Assembly (NCBI GenBank): GCA_963664325.2
Contig: CAXXDQ010000007.1
Location: forward strand, 896,001 to 960,000
Reading direction: 5' to 3'
DNA from: Desulfomonilia bacterium
GTDB taxonomy: Bacteria > Desulfobacterota > Desulfomonilia > UBA1062
DNA: 64,000 bases
Shown here: one piece after another, positions 1-10,780 of the stretch
How the letters are laid out: the number at the start of each line of letters is the position of its first letter
Numbering within the stretch: the stretch's first letter is position 1
Translations under genes and position numbers: made by a program
Notes under the pieces: model-generated
Database searches by the model: none
What the model saw: the letters and a program-made list of their open reading frames with translations, nothing else
Told to the model about the DNA's origin: nothing

Positions 1-223
1 CCATCATTCTGCCATGCCTGATTCCATCATGGGTAAACTGAATCAAAACCATATTTCGAAATTCAATCAGGGCAACAGACCGTAAGGGCCTGACACCATT
101 TGGTTCCGTTTTGATTATCAATAAGCCTTTGATGGTCCTCTGATTTATGCTTAACTTCCCCTTGTCCGCGATGTCCCGTTCATGGTAATTTAGAGTTCAT
201 TACCATGTGCGGCAGGGGAGATC

Positions 224-1561
224 ATGAGATGTTCCGCTCTGCCGGAGGGAATGATTATGGGCCGTACAAACCTGCCGGAAAAAACATATCTTGTCTTCAC
301 CGTCGCCATCCTGATGGCCATCTCCACGCTCCGCATGGCCGATTACGAGCTCCTGGCTCCTCTTTTCCAGCCCCTAAGCAAGGAGCTGGGCATCAACGAT
401 CTGCAGTTCGGGCTGCTTCGCTCTGTCGCCGACGTGGTGACCATCGCCGGGATCCTCATCTTCGGGCTCGTGGCTGACCGCTGGCGGCGAAGGGACCTGC
501 TGAACCTGGGTGTCTTCGGGTGGTCACTGGCGGCCATTATCACGGGCTTCACGAAAAACTTCACCCAGCTCCTGGCCGCCAACACCGGCATGCGTTTCTT
601 CCAGGCTACATTCAGCGCCACGGTGTACCCCATGCTTTCCGACCTGGTACCCAGACGGTCGAGGGGCCTCGTGCTGGGCATCATGGGCACCACCTTCGCC
701 CTCGGCACTGTCCTGGGCCTTGCCGTGCCCGCGCTGCTGGGGACCAAGCACTGGCGCTCGGCCTTTTTCTGGTTCGGGATCCCCGGCCTGGTCCTAGCCT
801 TTCTCATGCTGGTTTTCCTGAAAGAGCCAGTCCGGGGCCTGGCCGAAGACGAGGTGATAGATGCGGGAGGGTATTCAGGAAGCTTCTCGTGGAAGGAACT
901 TTCCAGGACGCTTATCACGCGCACCGTAATCCTGGTGTGGCTCCTCGACGCTTGCGAAGGGGCCACGTGGTACGCCTTCTCCTTCTGGACTCCGGCCTAT
1001 CTCCTGCGGGTGAGCATTACCTCAAGCGCCGACACGGCGGCCATGGCACTCCTGCCTGCCATCGGGGGGTTCGTGACGGGCAATATCCTGGGCGGATGGC
1101 TTACCGATAAACTGCGGAAGCAGACCGAACTCTCGGCGGTGTACGTGGCCCTTATTTCCATGACCGGGGCGCTTCTCATGACTGCAATCGTCTTCTCGCT
1201 GCGCGACCTCACCGCGGTGATGGTCGCCGGGTTTGTCATGGGGACCTTCGGTCATATGGTGATGTCTCCTATCAGCGTGATCCTCTATGATGTTGTGCCG
1301 CCCGAAACCCGCTCTTCAGCCACATCCTTCGGCGGGATAGTAATGAGTGTCTTCTGCGCCTTGTCGTCGCTCTCCATCGGTGCGGTGAGCCACTACGCCG
1401 GCATCTGGCGCGGACTGAGCGAGGGCGACCTGCGTACCGGGTTCCAGGGAACGGTGAGCGTGCTCCTCGCTGGCGGCATCATCGTGACCCTGGTGCTCCT
1501 GAAAACCGCGCCGGGGGACATGAAGAAGCTCAGAGAGCACATATCAAGCCGGGTGAGGTAG
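224..1561 (+). CDS. MFS transporter (spinster-like)
   Basis: 445-aa ORF with about 12 hydrophobic segments and MFS motif A (GLVADRWRRR); start could be 251/257. Confidence 0.85.
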   Translation: MRCSALPEGMIMGRTNLPEKTYLVFTVAILMAISTLRMADYELLAPLFQPLSKELGINDLQFGLLRSVADVVTIAGILIFGLVADRWRRRDLLNLGVFGWSLAAIITGFTKNFTQLLAANTGMRFFQATFSATVYPMLSDLVPRRSRGLVLGIMGTTFALGTVLGLAVPALLGTKHWRSAFFWFGIPGLVLAFLMLVFLKEPVRGLAEDEVIDAGGYSGSFSWKELSRTLITRTVILVWLLDACEGATWYAFSFWTPAYLLRVSITSSADTAAMALLPAIGGFVTGNILGGWLTDKLRKQTELSAVYVALISMTGALLMTAIVFSLRDLTAVMVAGFVMGTFGHMVMSPISVILYDVVPPETRSSATSFGGIVMSVFCALSSLSIGAVSHYAGIWRGLSEGDLRTGFQGTVSVLLAGGIIVTLVLLKTAPGDMKKLREHISSRVR

Positions 1562-1633
1562 TACGCTGCGAAGGCGGAACCCGCCCGTGACGCAACGGAC
1601 CGCGGCCGATATTTCTATAACAGGGAGGTGGCG

Positions 1634-3285
1634 ATGATACGGAGGTTTTCCGATGCACTGCGTTCCATCATACCAGCGCGTGGAAGGAGGCTCCCGGACG
1701 CCAGACACCGAGAGGTGATGGGGTGCGCGCGCATGGAGAAGGCGGGCGGTCTTCACGTGCTCTACCTCGAGGGGACTCCCTATGAGATGGGCTACCAGCA
1801 CGGTGTCCTGGCCCGGGAAGTGATAGAGAGCTTCCGCACCGAGGCCTACGCCTATGTGGAGACGCTGGTCCCGATACCGGGGTTCCTGGCGAGGCCGGCC
1901 CTCTTCTACCTACGCATCCGCCTACTGGAAGACCATCCCCCCCGGACCTGAAGGAGGAGATGCGCGGCATCGCCGACGGGGCCGGCGCACATCCAGTGGA
2001 GGTGCTTGTGGCCACGGCGATATGGGAGATGCTCCTGACCTCGGGATGCTCAGAATTCGCGGCGATATCCCCCTATTACGCCTGACGGCGGGATGATCCA
2101 CGGATACAACTACGATCTCATGAAACCGGAGCATGCCATCATACAGCCCTATCTTGCCGCGCTGTTTTACCGGCCCTCGTCCGGCATTCCCTTCGTCACC
2201 GTCAACACCGTGGGCTCTGTAGGCGTGAATGCCGGCTTCAACGACGCCGGCATATCGGTGGCCTGGGACGATACCCATCTGAACACGACGGAGCTGTTCC
2301 AGGGGATCAGTGGCAACGCCGTCCCGTTCATCATAACCCTCAGGAGGCTCCTGCAGTATGCGAAGACCGTGGACGAGGCGGTGAAAATCGCGCTTACCGG
2401 TCTGCCGCGCCCGCTGGCTGATATCATCGTCATAGGGAGCGCCGGTGAAAATCCGCGCGGTGGCCATGGAAACGGCCGGGAGACTGCACGCCCTTAGGGA
2501 GATGGAGGACGGGAAGGTCTTCTCCACGAACCACTTCCGCTCGGAGCTCCTGGCGCGACACCGATCAGCGCGGCGACTGGAGAACGTGCCCGAAGGAGCA
2601 GGAGTGGCAGCGCTTTCCGCGATACACGGCATACACCGGCCTCTTCGAGGAATTCCGCGGAAGGCTCGATGCGCCGGCAGCGGCGCGCTTCCTTCGCGAC
2701 CCCTATCCCCCGCGAGGCGGCCGGATTCGTCCATCCTAATCCAGCGCCGCGCGCCACCATCTGCCGTGATATCACCTCCTTTTCCATGGTAATGGAAACT
2801 GATAGAAAGCTCCTCTGGGTCAGCGATAACGAGATACCGGCCTGCCAGGGGACCTTTTACGCCTTCGACTTCGCCGCACGCACGCGGCTGCCCGCCCTGG
2901 ACATCCCCGGCACCGGTTTTAGCGACGCTCTTCAGGCGGCGCGAAGCTTTATCAGCGGGGACACGGACAGCGCCCGGGCCTCCCTGAAGAAGGCCTTTGA
3001 GCATGATGGCGAGACGGCACCGCTCCTGCTTATGCGCGCCCTCGTCGAAGGGGTCTCGTTGAACGAAGAATATGCTACAGAGAGAGCCTTGAGAAGGTGG
3101 TGTCGCTTTATGGCGGCACGTCACCGGCGGCCCTTGCGGAATCATGGCTAGGCCTCAGCCGGAAGAGTGCGACCGAGCCGGTTCCCTTCCCGGGAGCCAT
3201 TTGCCCGCTGTTGTGGCTCAAGGCCGGGGAGGCGTGGAAGGACCGCTTCAAGATAAGGACGGACGCCCCTGCTGCTGGTCGGTAA
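1634..3285 (+). pseudogene. C45 family (Ntn-hydrolase, acyl-CoA:6-APA acyltransferase-like) peptidase split by several frameshifts
   Basis: Consecutive fragments in different frames: LEGTPYEMGYQHG, EEMRGIADGAG, GCSEFAA (Cys nucleophile), IHGYNYD, GFNDAGISV, STNHF; GGGAGG RBS before ATG 1634. Confidence 0.7.
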
Positions 3286-3455
3286 GGGCATTCAAGCCAG
3301 CCAGGTCCGCGGTTTATTTTATCTAAATAGACAGTTTCTCGGCCTTGTCAGTGAAGTTAGAGACAAGGGTTGACCCCTTCACATGGGCCAGGCTGGAGAC
3401 GGTATCCCTTAATGATGCAGGACGGCTGAAGAGCAGTGCAACCTGTCAATCGGTC

Positions 3456-3632
3456 TATAAGATGCGGCTCAAACTGGCCAAGAGCTGGCTCATGGCGGAC
3501 GGTCTGCAGGTGGAGCTCATCCCCGGCATTATGGCGAGCGCAGAGGTTAAGACCGGCAAGCGCCGCCTGTTCGAGTTCTTCCTCTCGCCGCTGCAGCGCT
3601 ACATGGTCGAGAGCGTGCGGGAGCAGCAGCAG
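3456..3632 (+). pseudogene. C-terminal remnant of an HlyD-family type I secretion adaptor
   Basis: YKMRLKL...ELIPGIMASAEVKTGKRRLFEFFLSPLQRYMVESVRE matches the typical HlyD C-terminus; no N-terminal part present. Confidence 0.7.
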
Positions 3633-3785
3633 GAGCGCCCCTGTACGGTTGCCTGGATGAAAAACGAAAAAGTTCCCGCGAGAGAGCTCCTCATATATCC
3701 ATACTCAGCATGAATGTTCCTGTTGAAAACAGGTATGAATTATAATAATAGAAGTTGATTTTGTAATATAGTCAAAGGAGAGGTC

Positions 3786-4013
3786 ATGGAAAAGAAGAGA
3801 CTGTATGAGAAGCCTTTGTCCGTTGGTTTGAACAGAACAGAAAACAGCCTTGGAACCTGTGAGCTTCTCGGTTCAGGTGACGGCGATGCGTGTTCGACCG
3901 GTAATACAGCCGCACATGGAGGTTGTTATATCGGCAACGGCGCTACTCACATCGGATGTTTTACCGGAAATTCAGCTACAACCGCTTGTTCGGTTGGAAA
4001 TGATGTAGGGTAA
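3786..4013 (+). CDS. Small Cys/Gly-rich repeat peptide, probable RiPP precursor
   Basis: Strong RBS AAAGGAGAGG; 75 aa; YEKP leader motif; Cys at 25/36/47/58/68 with four C-x-x-G-N repeats. Confidence 0.7.
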   Translation: MEKKRLYEKPLSVGLNRTENSLGTCELLGSGDGDACSTGNTAAHGGCYIGNGATHIGCFTGNSATTACSVGNDVG

Positions 4014-4320
4014 CAATTTGCATAAGCTGCGGCTTGAGACGGACGAGATCTGTCGTCCGGGGACTTGAAACGGGACAATTTAATCAATCAGTCAAGGATC
4101 AAAACCAGGCACATTCTGTCCTGAAAGACTACTTGGGGTCGCTGATTGGAACATTATTAAACATCTCATTCAAGTTCATATTCCTCCAGTTTGACGATCT
4201 TTTCCCGTTCCAATGCTTTGGACATATTCTTAACTGTTTTACATCATATTTACAGTTTCCTTTATTAATGCCGGTCAGTATAATTATTCAGTCATTCAAT
4301 GAAATTTCAGGAGGTGATTT

Positions 4321-5313
4321 ATGAAAAGGGCACTTGTAACAGGCGCGGCTGGATTCATAGGTTCACAGGTAGTCAGGGAACTGCAGAATGAAGGCGTCGA
4401 GGTCAGGGCCATGATAAAGCCCGGTGAGCCTCTTGACAACCTCGCAGGCATTGAATGCGAACGCGTTAAGGGCGATCTCCTTGACACGGAGACCGTAAAC
4501 AGGGCTGTGAACGGAGTAGATACGGTCTTTCACCTGGCCGCCATCTATTCGATATGGCTGAGTGACTGGAGCAGGATTTATGAAGTCAACATCCAGGGTT
4601 CCAGAAATGTCCTGTGGGCCTGCCTGAAATCAGGAATAGAACGCGTCGTTTATACAAGCTCCATAGCCGCAATAGGCATCGCCCCGGGGAAAGCGCTGTC
4701 AAATGAGGATACGGTTTTCAACCAGTACACGCTCGGCAACCACTATGTCCTGACAAAATACCTCTCCCAGCAGGAGGCGCTCGGCTTCGCCAGAAACGGG
4801 CTGGATGTCGTTGTCGTCAACCCGGGTTTTCCTTTCGGCCCCGGCGATATCGCACCCACGCCCACGGGCACAATAATACTTGCCATACTTAAGGGCCTGA
4901 ACAGATTCAGCTTTGAAGGGGGAATCAATATCGTTGACGTAAGGGATGTCGCGAAAGGCCATGTGCTGGCAGCAAAAAACGGCCGCACAGGCAACCTGTA
5001 CATCCTGGGCAACATGAATGTTACAATGGACGAGTTCATGGCCATGGTTTTCAAGGCCGCAGGAATCAGCCAGCCGTTCATCCCGAAAATCCCCCTGCCC
5101 CTGCTCAAGGTCGCAGCCGCAGGCCTTACCTGGATTTCCGACCATGTCGTCCACAAAGCGCCCCTGTCGACCCCGGCCGAAGTCGATTATGCAAAGCAGT
5201 ATCTCTTCTTTGACAACTCGAAGGCCCGAAATGAGCTGGGCCTGGTATTCAGCCCCGTCGAGAAATCATTGACAGATTCAATCGAATGGTTCAGGGCCAA
5301 TGGTTATGCGTAA
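4321..5313 (+). CDS. NAD-dependent epimerase/dehydratase (dihydroflavonol reductase/HpnA-like SDR)
   Basis: VTGAAGFIG Rossmann motif, YVLTK catalytic motif, VDVRDVA; RBS AGGAGG. Confidence 0.85.
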   Translation: MKRALVTGAAGFIGSQVVRELQNEGVEVRAMIKPGEPLDNLAGIECERVKGDLLDTETVNRAVNGVDTVFHLAAIYSIWLSDWSRIYEVNIQGSRNVLWACLKSGIERVVYTSSIAAIGIAPGKALSNEDTVFNQYTLGNHYVLTKYLSQQEALGFARNGLDVVVVNPGFPFGPGDIAPTPTGTIILAILKGLNRFSFEGGINIVDVRDVAKGHVLAAKNGRTGNLYILGNMNVTMDEFMAMVFKAAGISQPFIPKIPLPLLKVAAAGLTWISDHVVHKAPLSTPAEVDYAKQYLFFDNSKARNELGLVFSPVEKSLTDSIEWFRANGYA

Positions 5314-5323
5314 ATAATAAAGA

Positions 5324-5355
5324 CTTCCAGGCAGGGAATAAACCTGCCCGGGAAG
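5324..5355. terminator. Hairpin between convergent genes
   Basis: CTTCCAGGCAGG-gaataaa-CCTGCCCGGGAAG imperfect inverted repeat. Confidence 0.4.
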
Positions 5356-5423
5356 GGGCTGGCAGGATTGAGGCGAAAATCCTTTGGGAAAAAGTTTGAG
5401 TTCAATGGTACTTTTGCTGTCTG

Positions 5424-6293
5424 CTAATGAATTCCCGCCAGTTCCTGAAAATTCTCCCCCAGAAGCCTTCTGCGTATTCCCGGATCGGGGAATACGGATT
5501 CAATCCTTCTTTTTATGAGGCCGTAATCAAATTTCCCGTCCGCACCATGAAATCCGTAAGGCCCGTCAGTGCCGAACAGACAACGCTCCACGCCGAGACA
5601 GCTGACCGCTTCTTTTATGGTCTTTACTCCCACGTAGCTCGTTTGCGACAGATCCACATATACGTTTTTTCTGGGGAGTATGTTTTTCCATGTATCAGAA
5701 TAGCCGGGAAAACCTGCGTGGGCAATAATCAGCTTCAAACCGGGTACAGCGTCCAGGAGCGCCTGATAATCGCCATCAGGACCATAACCCAGGTGGATGA
5801 TCAGGGGAAGTCCCGCAGCGGCAGCCTTTTCCGCTACGGGCCTTAATTCCAGCGGAGTATGGTGATTCCAGAACGCATGGGCCTTGACGCCTACGCACCT
5901 TTCCGATGTTTTCCATTTTTCAAATTCCTCAACCTGGTCTTTTCTCCCTCTGGGGTTTACAAATATCCAGCCTAAAAATTTATCCGGGCGCGCACTGACC
6001 AGTTTGAATACCGGCTCGTTATCGGGATCGGAACAGAGCGGATAATTTTTGCCAAGTATCTTTATGCCGCCATCGGTGAAGTTTGCGATAAATAATTTTC
6101 CAAGGCGCTGCAATGGGCGCCTGGTAAGCAGAAACAGCAGCAATGAGATCAGCGGTCTGCTCGGCTCCGGATAAGGATCTATCTGGAGTCCCATAAGGGC
6201 GGTTTTATCAACACCGGCCTGATCCATTTTTTGCAATAATTCTCCCACAGCCAACAAGCGCTCTTCCAGGTGATAATGACAGTCGATTATCAT
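5424..6293 (-). CDS. Amidohydrolase family 2 metal-dependent hydrolase
   Basis: MIIDCHYH start after AGGAGG, IIHLG, IIAHAG, LFGTDGP motifs. Confidence 0.85.
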   Translation of the reverse strand: MIIDCHYHLEERLLAVGELLQKMDQAGVDKTALMGLQIDPYPEPSRPLISLLLFLLTRRPLQRLGKLFIANFTDGGIKILGKNYPLCSDPDNEPVFKLVSARPDKFLGWIFVNPRGRKDQVEEFEKWKTSERCVGVKAHAFWNHHTPLELRPVAEKAAAAGLPLIIHLGYGPDGDYQALLDAVPGLKLIIAHAGFPGYSDTWKNILPRKNVYVDLSQTSYVGVKTIKEAVSCLGVERCLFGTDGPYGFHGADGKFDYGLIKRRIESVFPDPGIRRRLLGENFQELAGIH

Positions 6294-6498
6294 GGTGACC
6301 CACCTCCTAAAATTTGACTGAAAAGCCCGGTTTTCCCTCGTGCCGTGTTTGAGATATCTGATTTTTGCACAACACATGCCTGTTGGCAAATACAATCATA
6401 GAGTTATTGACGGGGATCTTGGGACGTTACCGCTATTTTGACAATTCTTTTTCACAGAGGCCAGAAATACTGTTACCTGGCATTTTTATCCCATTGTA

Positions 6499-6978
6499 TT
6501 ATTGCCGGTCACCCTTATCTTTCAAGGTTTTGTCAGCCGGGATTTTATCTTTAATACCAAGGTAAAACTTGCTTGCACATTCAGGGCATATCGAATGGCT
6601 GAACTTTGCCAGAGAGTTTTCGGTGATATATTCCTCCAGCACTCTCCAGTCGATATCCTGTCTGATTTTCTTGCAGCTGGCACAGATGGGGATAAACCCC
6701 TCAAGAATTTTTATCTCAGCTTTTATCTTCTTCTCAAAGACATAAAATGCAACCGACAGGACTATAAAATAAATGAGTATCTCGAATATGACCTCACCTT
6801 TCCTTTGCGAGAACGATGTCGGCTGGTCTCCGAACAGATACCTGGGCAGGTCAAGCAATTCGTTCGAAATGGTCAGGAGCACAAAGATTGTCAGTATGAG
6901 TATAAACACCTGAAAGATTTTGCGATGCGCAGTCAGGGGTAGTTTTTTGTTGCCTCCCGATCCTGATTTATCATTCAT
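6499..6978 (-). CDS. Two-TM membrane protein with C-terminal CxxC...H-x2-CxxC domain
   Basis: Two hydrophobic helices followed by LEGFIPICASCKKIR...FSHSICPEC. Confidence 0.7.
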   Translation of the reverse strand: MNDKSGSGGNKKLPLTAHRKIFQVFILILTIFVLLTISNELLDLPRYLFGDQPTSFSQRKGEVIFEILIYFIVLSVAFYVFEKKIKAEIKILEGFIPICASCKKIRQDIDWRVLEEYITENSLAKFSHSICPECASKFYLGIKDKIPADKTLKDKGDRQ

Positions 6979-7124
6979 ATTGCGCCTCTCATTCATGGAT
7001 TTTATAATTAAACAGCAATAGTGCAATTGCGCATTGCCCGGCCGTGTTTCCTGAATATACCCTATTTGAGGTCTTCACAAAAGTCTTTCATAAAGAGGCT
7101 CCGGCAAAGAATATCGCAAGTTTC

Positions 7125-8279
7125 TCAGGGCTTGAGGACCGATGCATTCTGATTCCCGGAGCCTGTCTTGTTCAACTCCATCCCTTCACCGAACTTTAAT
7201 ATCCGGAAGTCATTCTCAGGAACACGGTATTTTCTTAATGCCGTTTTCAAATCCTTCTCATGGGCATCGACGCTCTGTTCCGGGTGCTCATTAAAGGTGG
7301 CATAATGGACGCCCATGCTTTTTGATGCACAGAGCATCTTATGAACCTTTACCGCATCATCGGGATTCATGTGCTGCGATTTCATGAACCACCTCTTTTC
7401 ATAATTTCCTATCGGCAATATCAGCAGTTCGAAACTCCCGAACCTGCGGTGAATATCTCCAAAAAAGTCCCCGAATCCGGTGTCACCTGCAAATAATATA
7501 TTCCCGGCCGGAACTTCAATAACAAAACCTCCCCACAAAGTCTTATCCTTGTCGGAGAGTCCCCGGCCCGAACCGTGGAGCGCCGGAACAAATGTAATTT
7601 TAACGGTCCGGGAAAACATATATTCCTGCCACCAATCAAGCTGGTTTATTTTATCATATTTCAGCGAAGAGAGCCTTTCAGCAACTCCCAGTCCGCACAA
7701 TACGGTTGGACGGGAGGTTCCCAAAATCTTCTTCAAGGTCGGGATGTCAAGATGATCGTAATGGTCATGGCTCAAAAGTATTAAATCTATTTTCGGAAGA
7801 TCATCAATTTTGACCCCCGGTGCGCGTATCCTTTTCGACCCCATCCATGAAACGGGACCGGCGCGCTCGGAGAATATCGGATCAGTCAGGATATTCACCC
7901 CGTTCGTCTGGATCAGCACTGTCGCATGGTTTATATATGTCACCCGCAGAATATTCTGATCTTTCACGCACGCCGGAGGCTTCGGCTGGATGGGATCGTC
8001 GATCCAACCCGGCCAGGGGACGGTTTTCATTTCCCAGAGCCATTTAAGATGGTCGGAAAATGTATTGTCAGACTCTTTGTTGAAAAACCGTTCTCCATCG
8101 AAATGATCTGATTGAGGACCATTCCAGCAGCAGAACCCCGCAATGAAAAAAGCCGGCAGGATCACCAGGGCGAGATGCCCGGCCTTCAAACTGCGCCTTG
8201 TCCTTATTGCTGCCATGACTTCTTTCCCTGATATATCATTTTCTATTTTTGGCACTTTTATGTTCTTTCTTATATACAC
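7125..8279 (-). CDS. MBL-fold metallo-hydrolase (NAPE-PLD/RomA-like)
   Basis: LTDPIFS, SHDHYDHLD, FAGDTG, HMNP motifs; real start perhaps 8216. Confidence 0.85.
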   Translation of the reverse strand: MYIRKNIKVPKIENDISGKEVMAAIRTRRSLKAGHLALVILPAFFIAGFCCWNGPQSDHFDGERFFNKESDNTFSDHLKWLWEMKTVPWPGWIDDPIQPKPPACVKDQNILRVTYINHATVLIQTNGVNILTDPIFSERAGPVSWMGSKRIRAPGVKIDDLPKIDLILLSHDHYDHLDIPTLKKILGTSRPTVLCGLGVAERLSSLKYDKINQLDWWQEYMFSRTVKITFVPALHGSGRGLSDKDKTLWGGFVIEVPAGNILFAGDTGFGDFFGDIHRRFGSFELLILPIGNYEKRWFMKSQHMNPDDAVKVHKMLCASKSMGVHYATFNEHPEQSVDAHEKDLKTALRKYRVPENDFRILKFGEGMELNKTGSGNQNASVLKP

Positions 8280-8491
8280 CCGATCATTTTCAGACGGGAC
8301 TTTATCTTATCCGCAGGGCCCGGCCCGAGCCTGGTAAATAACGGCCTTCAAGCCCATATGAAACGCCGCTGCCCGCATTAAAATGATACGTTAAGACCTC
8401 TGTATTGATCATACCTCTCCCATAAAAGCGAAAGAATGACGCAAAGGGTCATGTCTCAGGGCTCCGCTGTCTGTCATGCTTTTAAACATGA

Positions 8492-8929
8492 TCAGGCAAT
8501 GATCTTATACTGAGTAGCAACTTCAACATTATTTTTTATCATCTGCCAGACGGGACAAACCGAGCTCTCAGCGAGTTTAAGAGCCCTCTGAATGTCTTCA
8601 TCCCTTGTATTTTCTGAATTGAGGATGAATTCCAGAAAAATCTTTTCGAATTTTACGGGAGGCTGCTGCGACCTGACGCCTTTTGCGTTCACAGCAAGTC
8701 CGGATACGGTTTTGCCCATTTTCCTGAGAAGATATACGAGTGCCGTTGCGCTGCACCCGCCAAGACTCATGAGCAGCAGTTCCAGGCCGTTATAGCCCTG
8801 CCCGTCTCCAATCGGGGGTTTATAGTCAAAAGTTATGGGGCTCTCAGGGTTTGATTTTGATACTCCGACAAAACGGACCTTCCGGTTCGTCAAATTAATT
8901 TCCACTTCCTCTATCTGCTCAGACATCAT
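8492..8929 (-). CDS. OsmC family protein
   Basis: ELLLMSLGGCSA and SVCPV motifs, 145 aa. Confidence 0.8.
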   Translation of the reverse strand: MMSEQIEEVEINLTNRKVRFVGVSKSNPESPITFDYKPPIGDGQGYNGLELLLMSLGGCSATALVYLLRKMGKTVSGLAVNAKGVRSQQPPVKFEKIFLEFILNSENTRDEDIQRALKLAESSVCPVWQMIKNNVEVATQYKIIA

Positions 8930-9027
8930 GCAGCTCCTTCAATAGCATCTTTATTTATGATCTTTTTGCCCGGCGCCTGAAACCATTATTACCGGACCCC
9001 TATTGCGGTTGATCAATACATGCGCCC

Positions 9028-10158
9028 TTATGGTTTCACTGGCTTCTGTTCAGGCATTATCCCGATCGCCCGGTTTCTGAGTATGATCCCGTTTACTTTC
9101 TGGTAATCGTCAAAGGCCTCATCAGAGTCTCTCTGGAGGATACGCTCCCTGAGCGCTTTGAGTTTCCCTTCATCCTCTGCCGTGCTGAATTTTCCGAGGT
9201 TTTCATAACTGCCCCTTGTCCCGGCTGATTTTAAAAGCTGATCATATTCTCTCTTAAAGGATGCGGATGAAGGTTGCTTCTTCTGTTTAAAAGATGCCAC
9301 ATCGGCTTTCATGCGGTCCATGTTTGCGAGTGTCTCTCTGGCAAAGCCCGCCAGCTTTTCATCGCTCTCTTTTAAGACAACCTGTTCAAAAACAGCTTTC
9401 ATCTCATTAAAGTCGGGAATGGTCCTTTCCAGAGAACCCAGTATCATGCTGCGGAGCCCCGTATCCTTTTCCATCCAGAACCGTTCTTCAAGAGGCTTGG
9501 CTGCTTCGGCAGGGATCAGCCACTGCCCCAGGACATTGATAGCATTGGCCCTGACGTTTATGTCTTTGCTGCTTATCCGCTTCAATAAAAAAGGAACGCC
9601 CTTGTCCCCCATCTTCCCGAAAACGAAGACGGATTGCCAGTAGAACTCTTTCGGATCCTGTCTGAGGATTTCCTCTGTCTTCGGCAAAGCGTCTTCGCAT
9701 TGCATCTGTCCCAGCAGATTCAGGATATCGAACCGCTTTCCCTCGTCTGACGCGGAATCAAGCGCCCTAAGGAGAAAATCTCCAGCCTCCTTCCCTCCGA
9801 TCGCGGCAAGCGCCCGCAGGCAATTCGCCCTGACAATATCGGATTTGCTCTGCCTGTACAACGCTTCAACAGAACCAGTCGCTGACCGGTCTTTTGTCTG
9901 CCCGAGAGCCCATACGTAGACTGCCTGCTGCTGTTCTGTCAGTTTTTTATCATTCAATTTAACAACAAGCGTTCTCGACACCTGCGCGGGATTTTTCCCT
10001 ATACCGTCGGCTATCGATTCCACCAGCGAGGGATCGGCATTTTCTCCGAGGGAGGCCACACGGTCAATCTGCAATATGACATCGTTCGTTTCCTTTGCAT
10101 ACGCAGGGTGCCACGCCGTGAGCATCATGAGCACTGCTGCAATTGAGAGCCTGTTCAT
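9028..10158 (-). CDS. Exported HEAT-repeat protein
   Basis: Signal-peptide-like N-terminus (AYA|KE), repeats such as VRANCLRALAAIG and VRANAINVLG. Confidence 0.65.
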   Translation of the reverse strand: MNRLSIAAVLMMLTAWHPAYAKETNDVILQIDRVASLGENADPSLVESIADGIGKNPAQVSRTLVVKLNDKKLTEQQQAVYVWALGQTKDRSATGSVEALYRQSKSDIVRANCLRALAAIGGKEAGDFLLRALDSASDEGKRFDILNLLGQMQCEDALPKTEEILRQDPKEFYWQSVFVFGKMGDKGVPFLLKRISSKDINVRANAINVLGQWLIPAEAAKPLEERFWMEKDTGLRSMILGSLERTIPDFNEMKAVFEQVVLKESDEKLAGFARETLANMDRMKADVASFKQKKQPSSASFKREYDQLLKSAGTRGSYENLGKFSTAEDEGKLKALRERILQRDSDEAFDDYQKVNGIILRNRAIGIMPEQKPVKP

Positions 10159-10258
10159 CCGTGCCACAACTTTTCTCCTTGTTCGTCGCTTGAAAAATTC
10201 AGGGTGATGCATTTTATGCCTTTCCCGCCATCGGCATTATTCCGTGCGCAGCCTTCAG

Positions 10259-10780
10259 TCACCTCTCCTTCATAAACTGCTCGATCGTCTGCCTGTGTCC
10301 GGCTGTATAATCGCAGCTCGGCTCTCTGCCGCATTTCCTGCATTTCAGGTCATAGGCGGAGTTGATGATCCCGCACCGAGAACAGGCATAATTTCCTTCG
10401 ATTTCCTTCAGCCAGCGCTCATATCCGACGGCCCGGATCCGCTCCAGGTCCTTCCAGAGCTCTATACGGTGAGGCCTTTCAGATTGGAACTGCTTCAGGT
10501 CGCCGCAGGGATACTCAGGGCACTCAATACAGAAATCGATTCCCCGTCCGGCGGCGCAGTCGGACATTTTGCATATCCTGCAATAAGGCCCCCTTATGGC
10601 CGACCGGCAGCCGCAGCACTTGACCTCTTCCTCGGAAAGATTAAACCTTGCCGCCATCAACTTGAGCCTGGCCGGGTCCTCGGTCGTGGCTATGAATAAA
10701 GAGCAAGCCTTACAGTAAAGACCGCATACGGCGGCAAATTTTTTATCCGGTTCCCGTGAAATATTTTCCTCTTTCTGCAT
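10259..10780 (-). CDS. DUF3795-like Cys-rich protein
   Basis: CGLYCKAC, CCGCRS, CRICKMSDC, FCIECPEYPC pattern. Confidence 0.75.
   Translation of the reverse strand: MQKEENISREPDKKFAAVCGLYCKACSLFIATTEDPARLKLMAARFNLSEEEVKCCGCRSAIRGPYCRICKMSDCAAGRGIDFCIECPEYPCGDLKQFQSERPHRIELWKDLERIRAVGYERWLKEIEGNYACSRCGIINSAYDLKCRKCGREPSCDYTAGHRQTIEQFMKER

Noticed and set aside
1922-3145. 407-aa minus-strand ORF, and other long antisense ORFs (30473-31270, 43019-44014, 50271-51335)
   Set aside because: These are shadows of real opposite-strand genes with no recognisable motifs.
4034-4324. 96-aa ORF after the peptide gene
   Set aside because: TTG start without an RBS in AT-rich intergenic-like sequence, with no motif.
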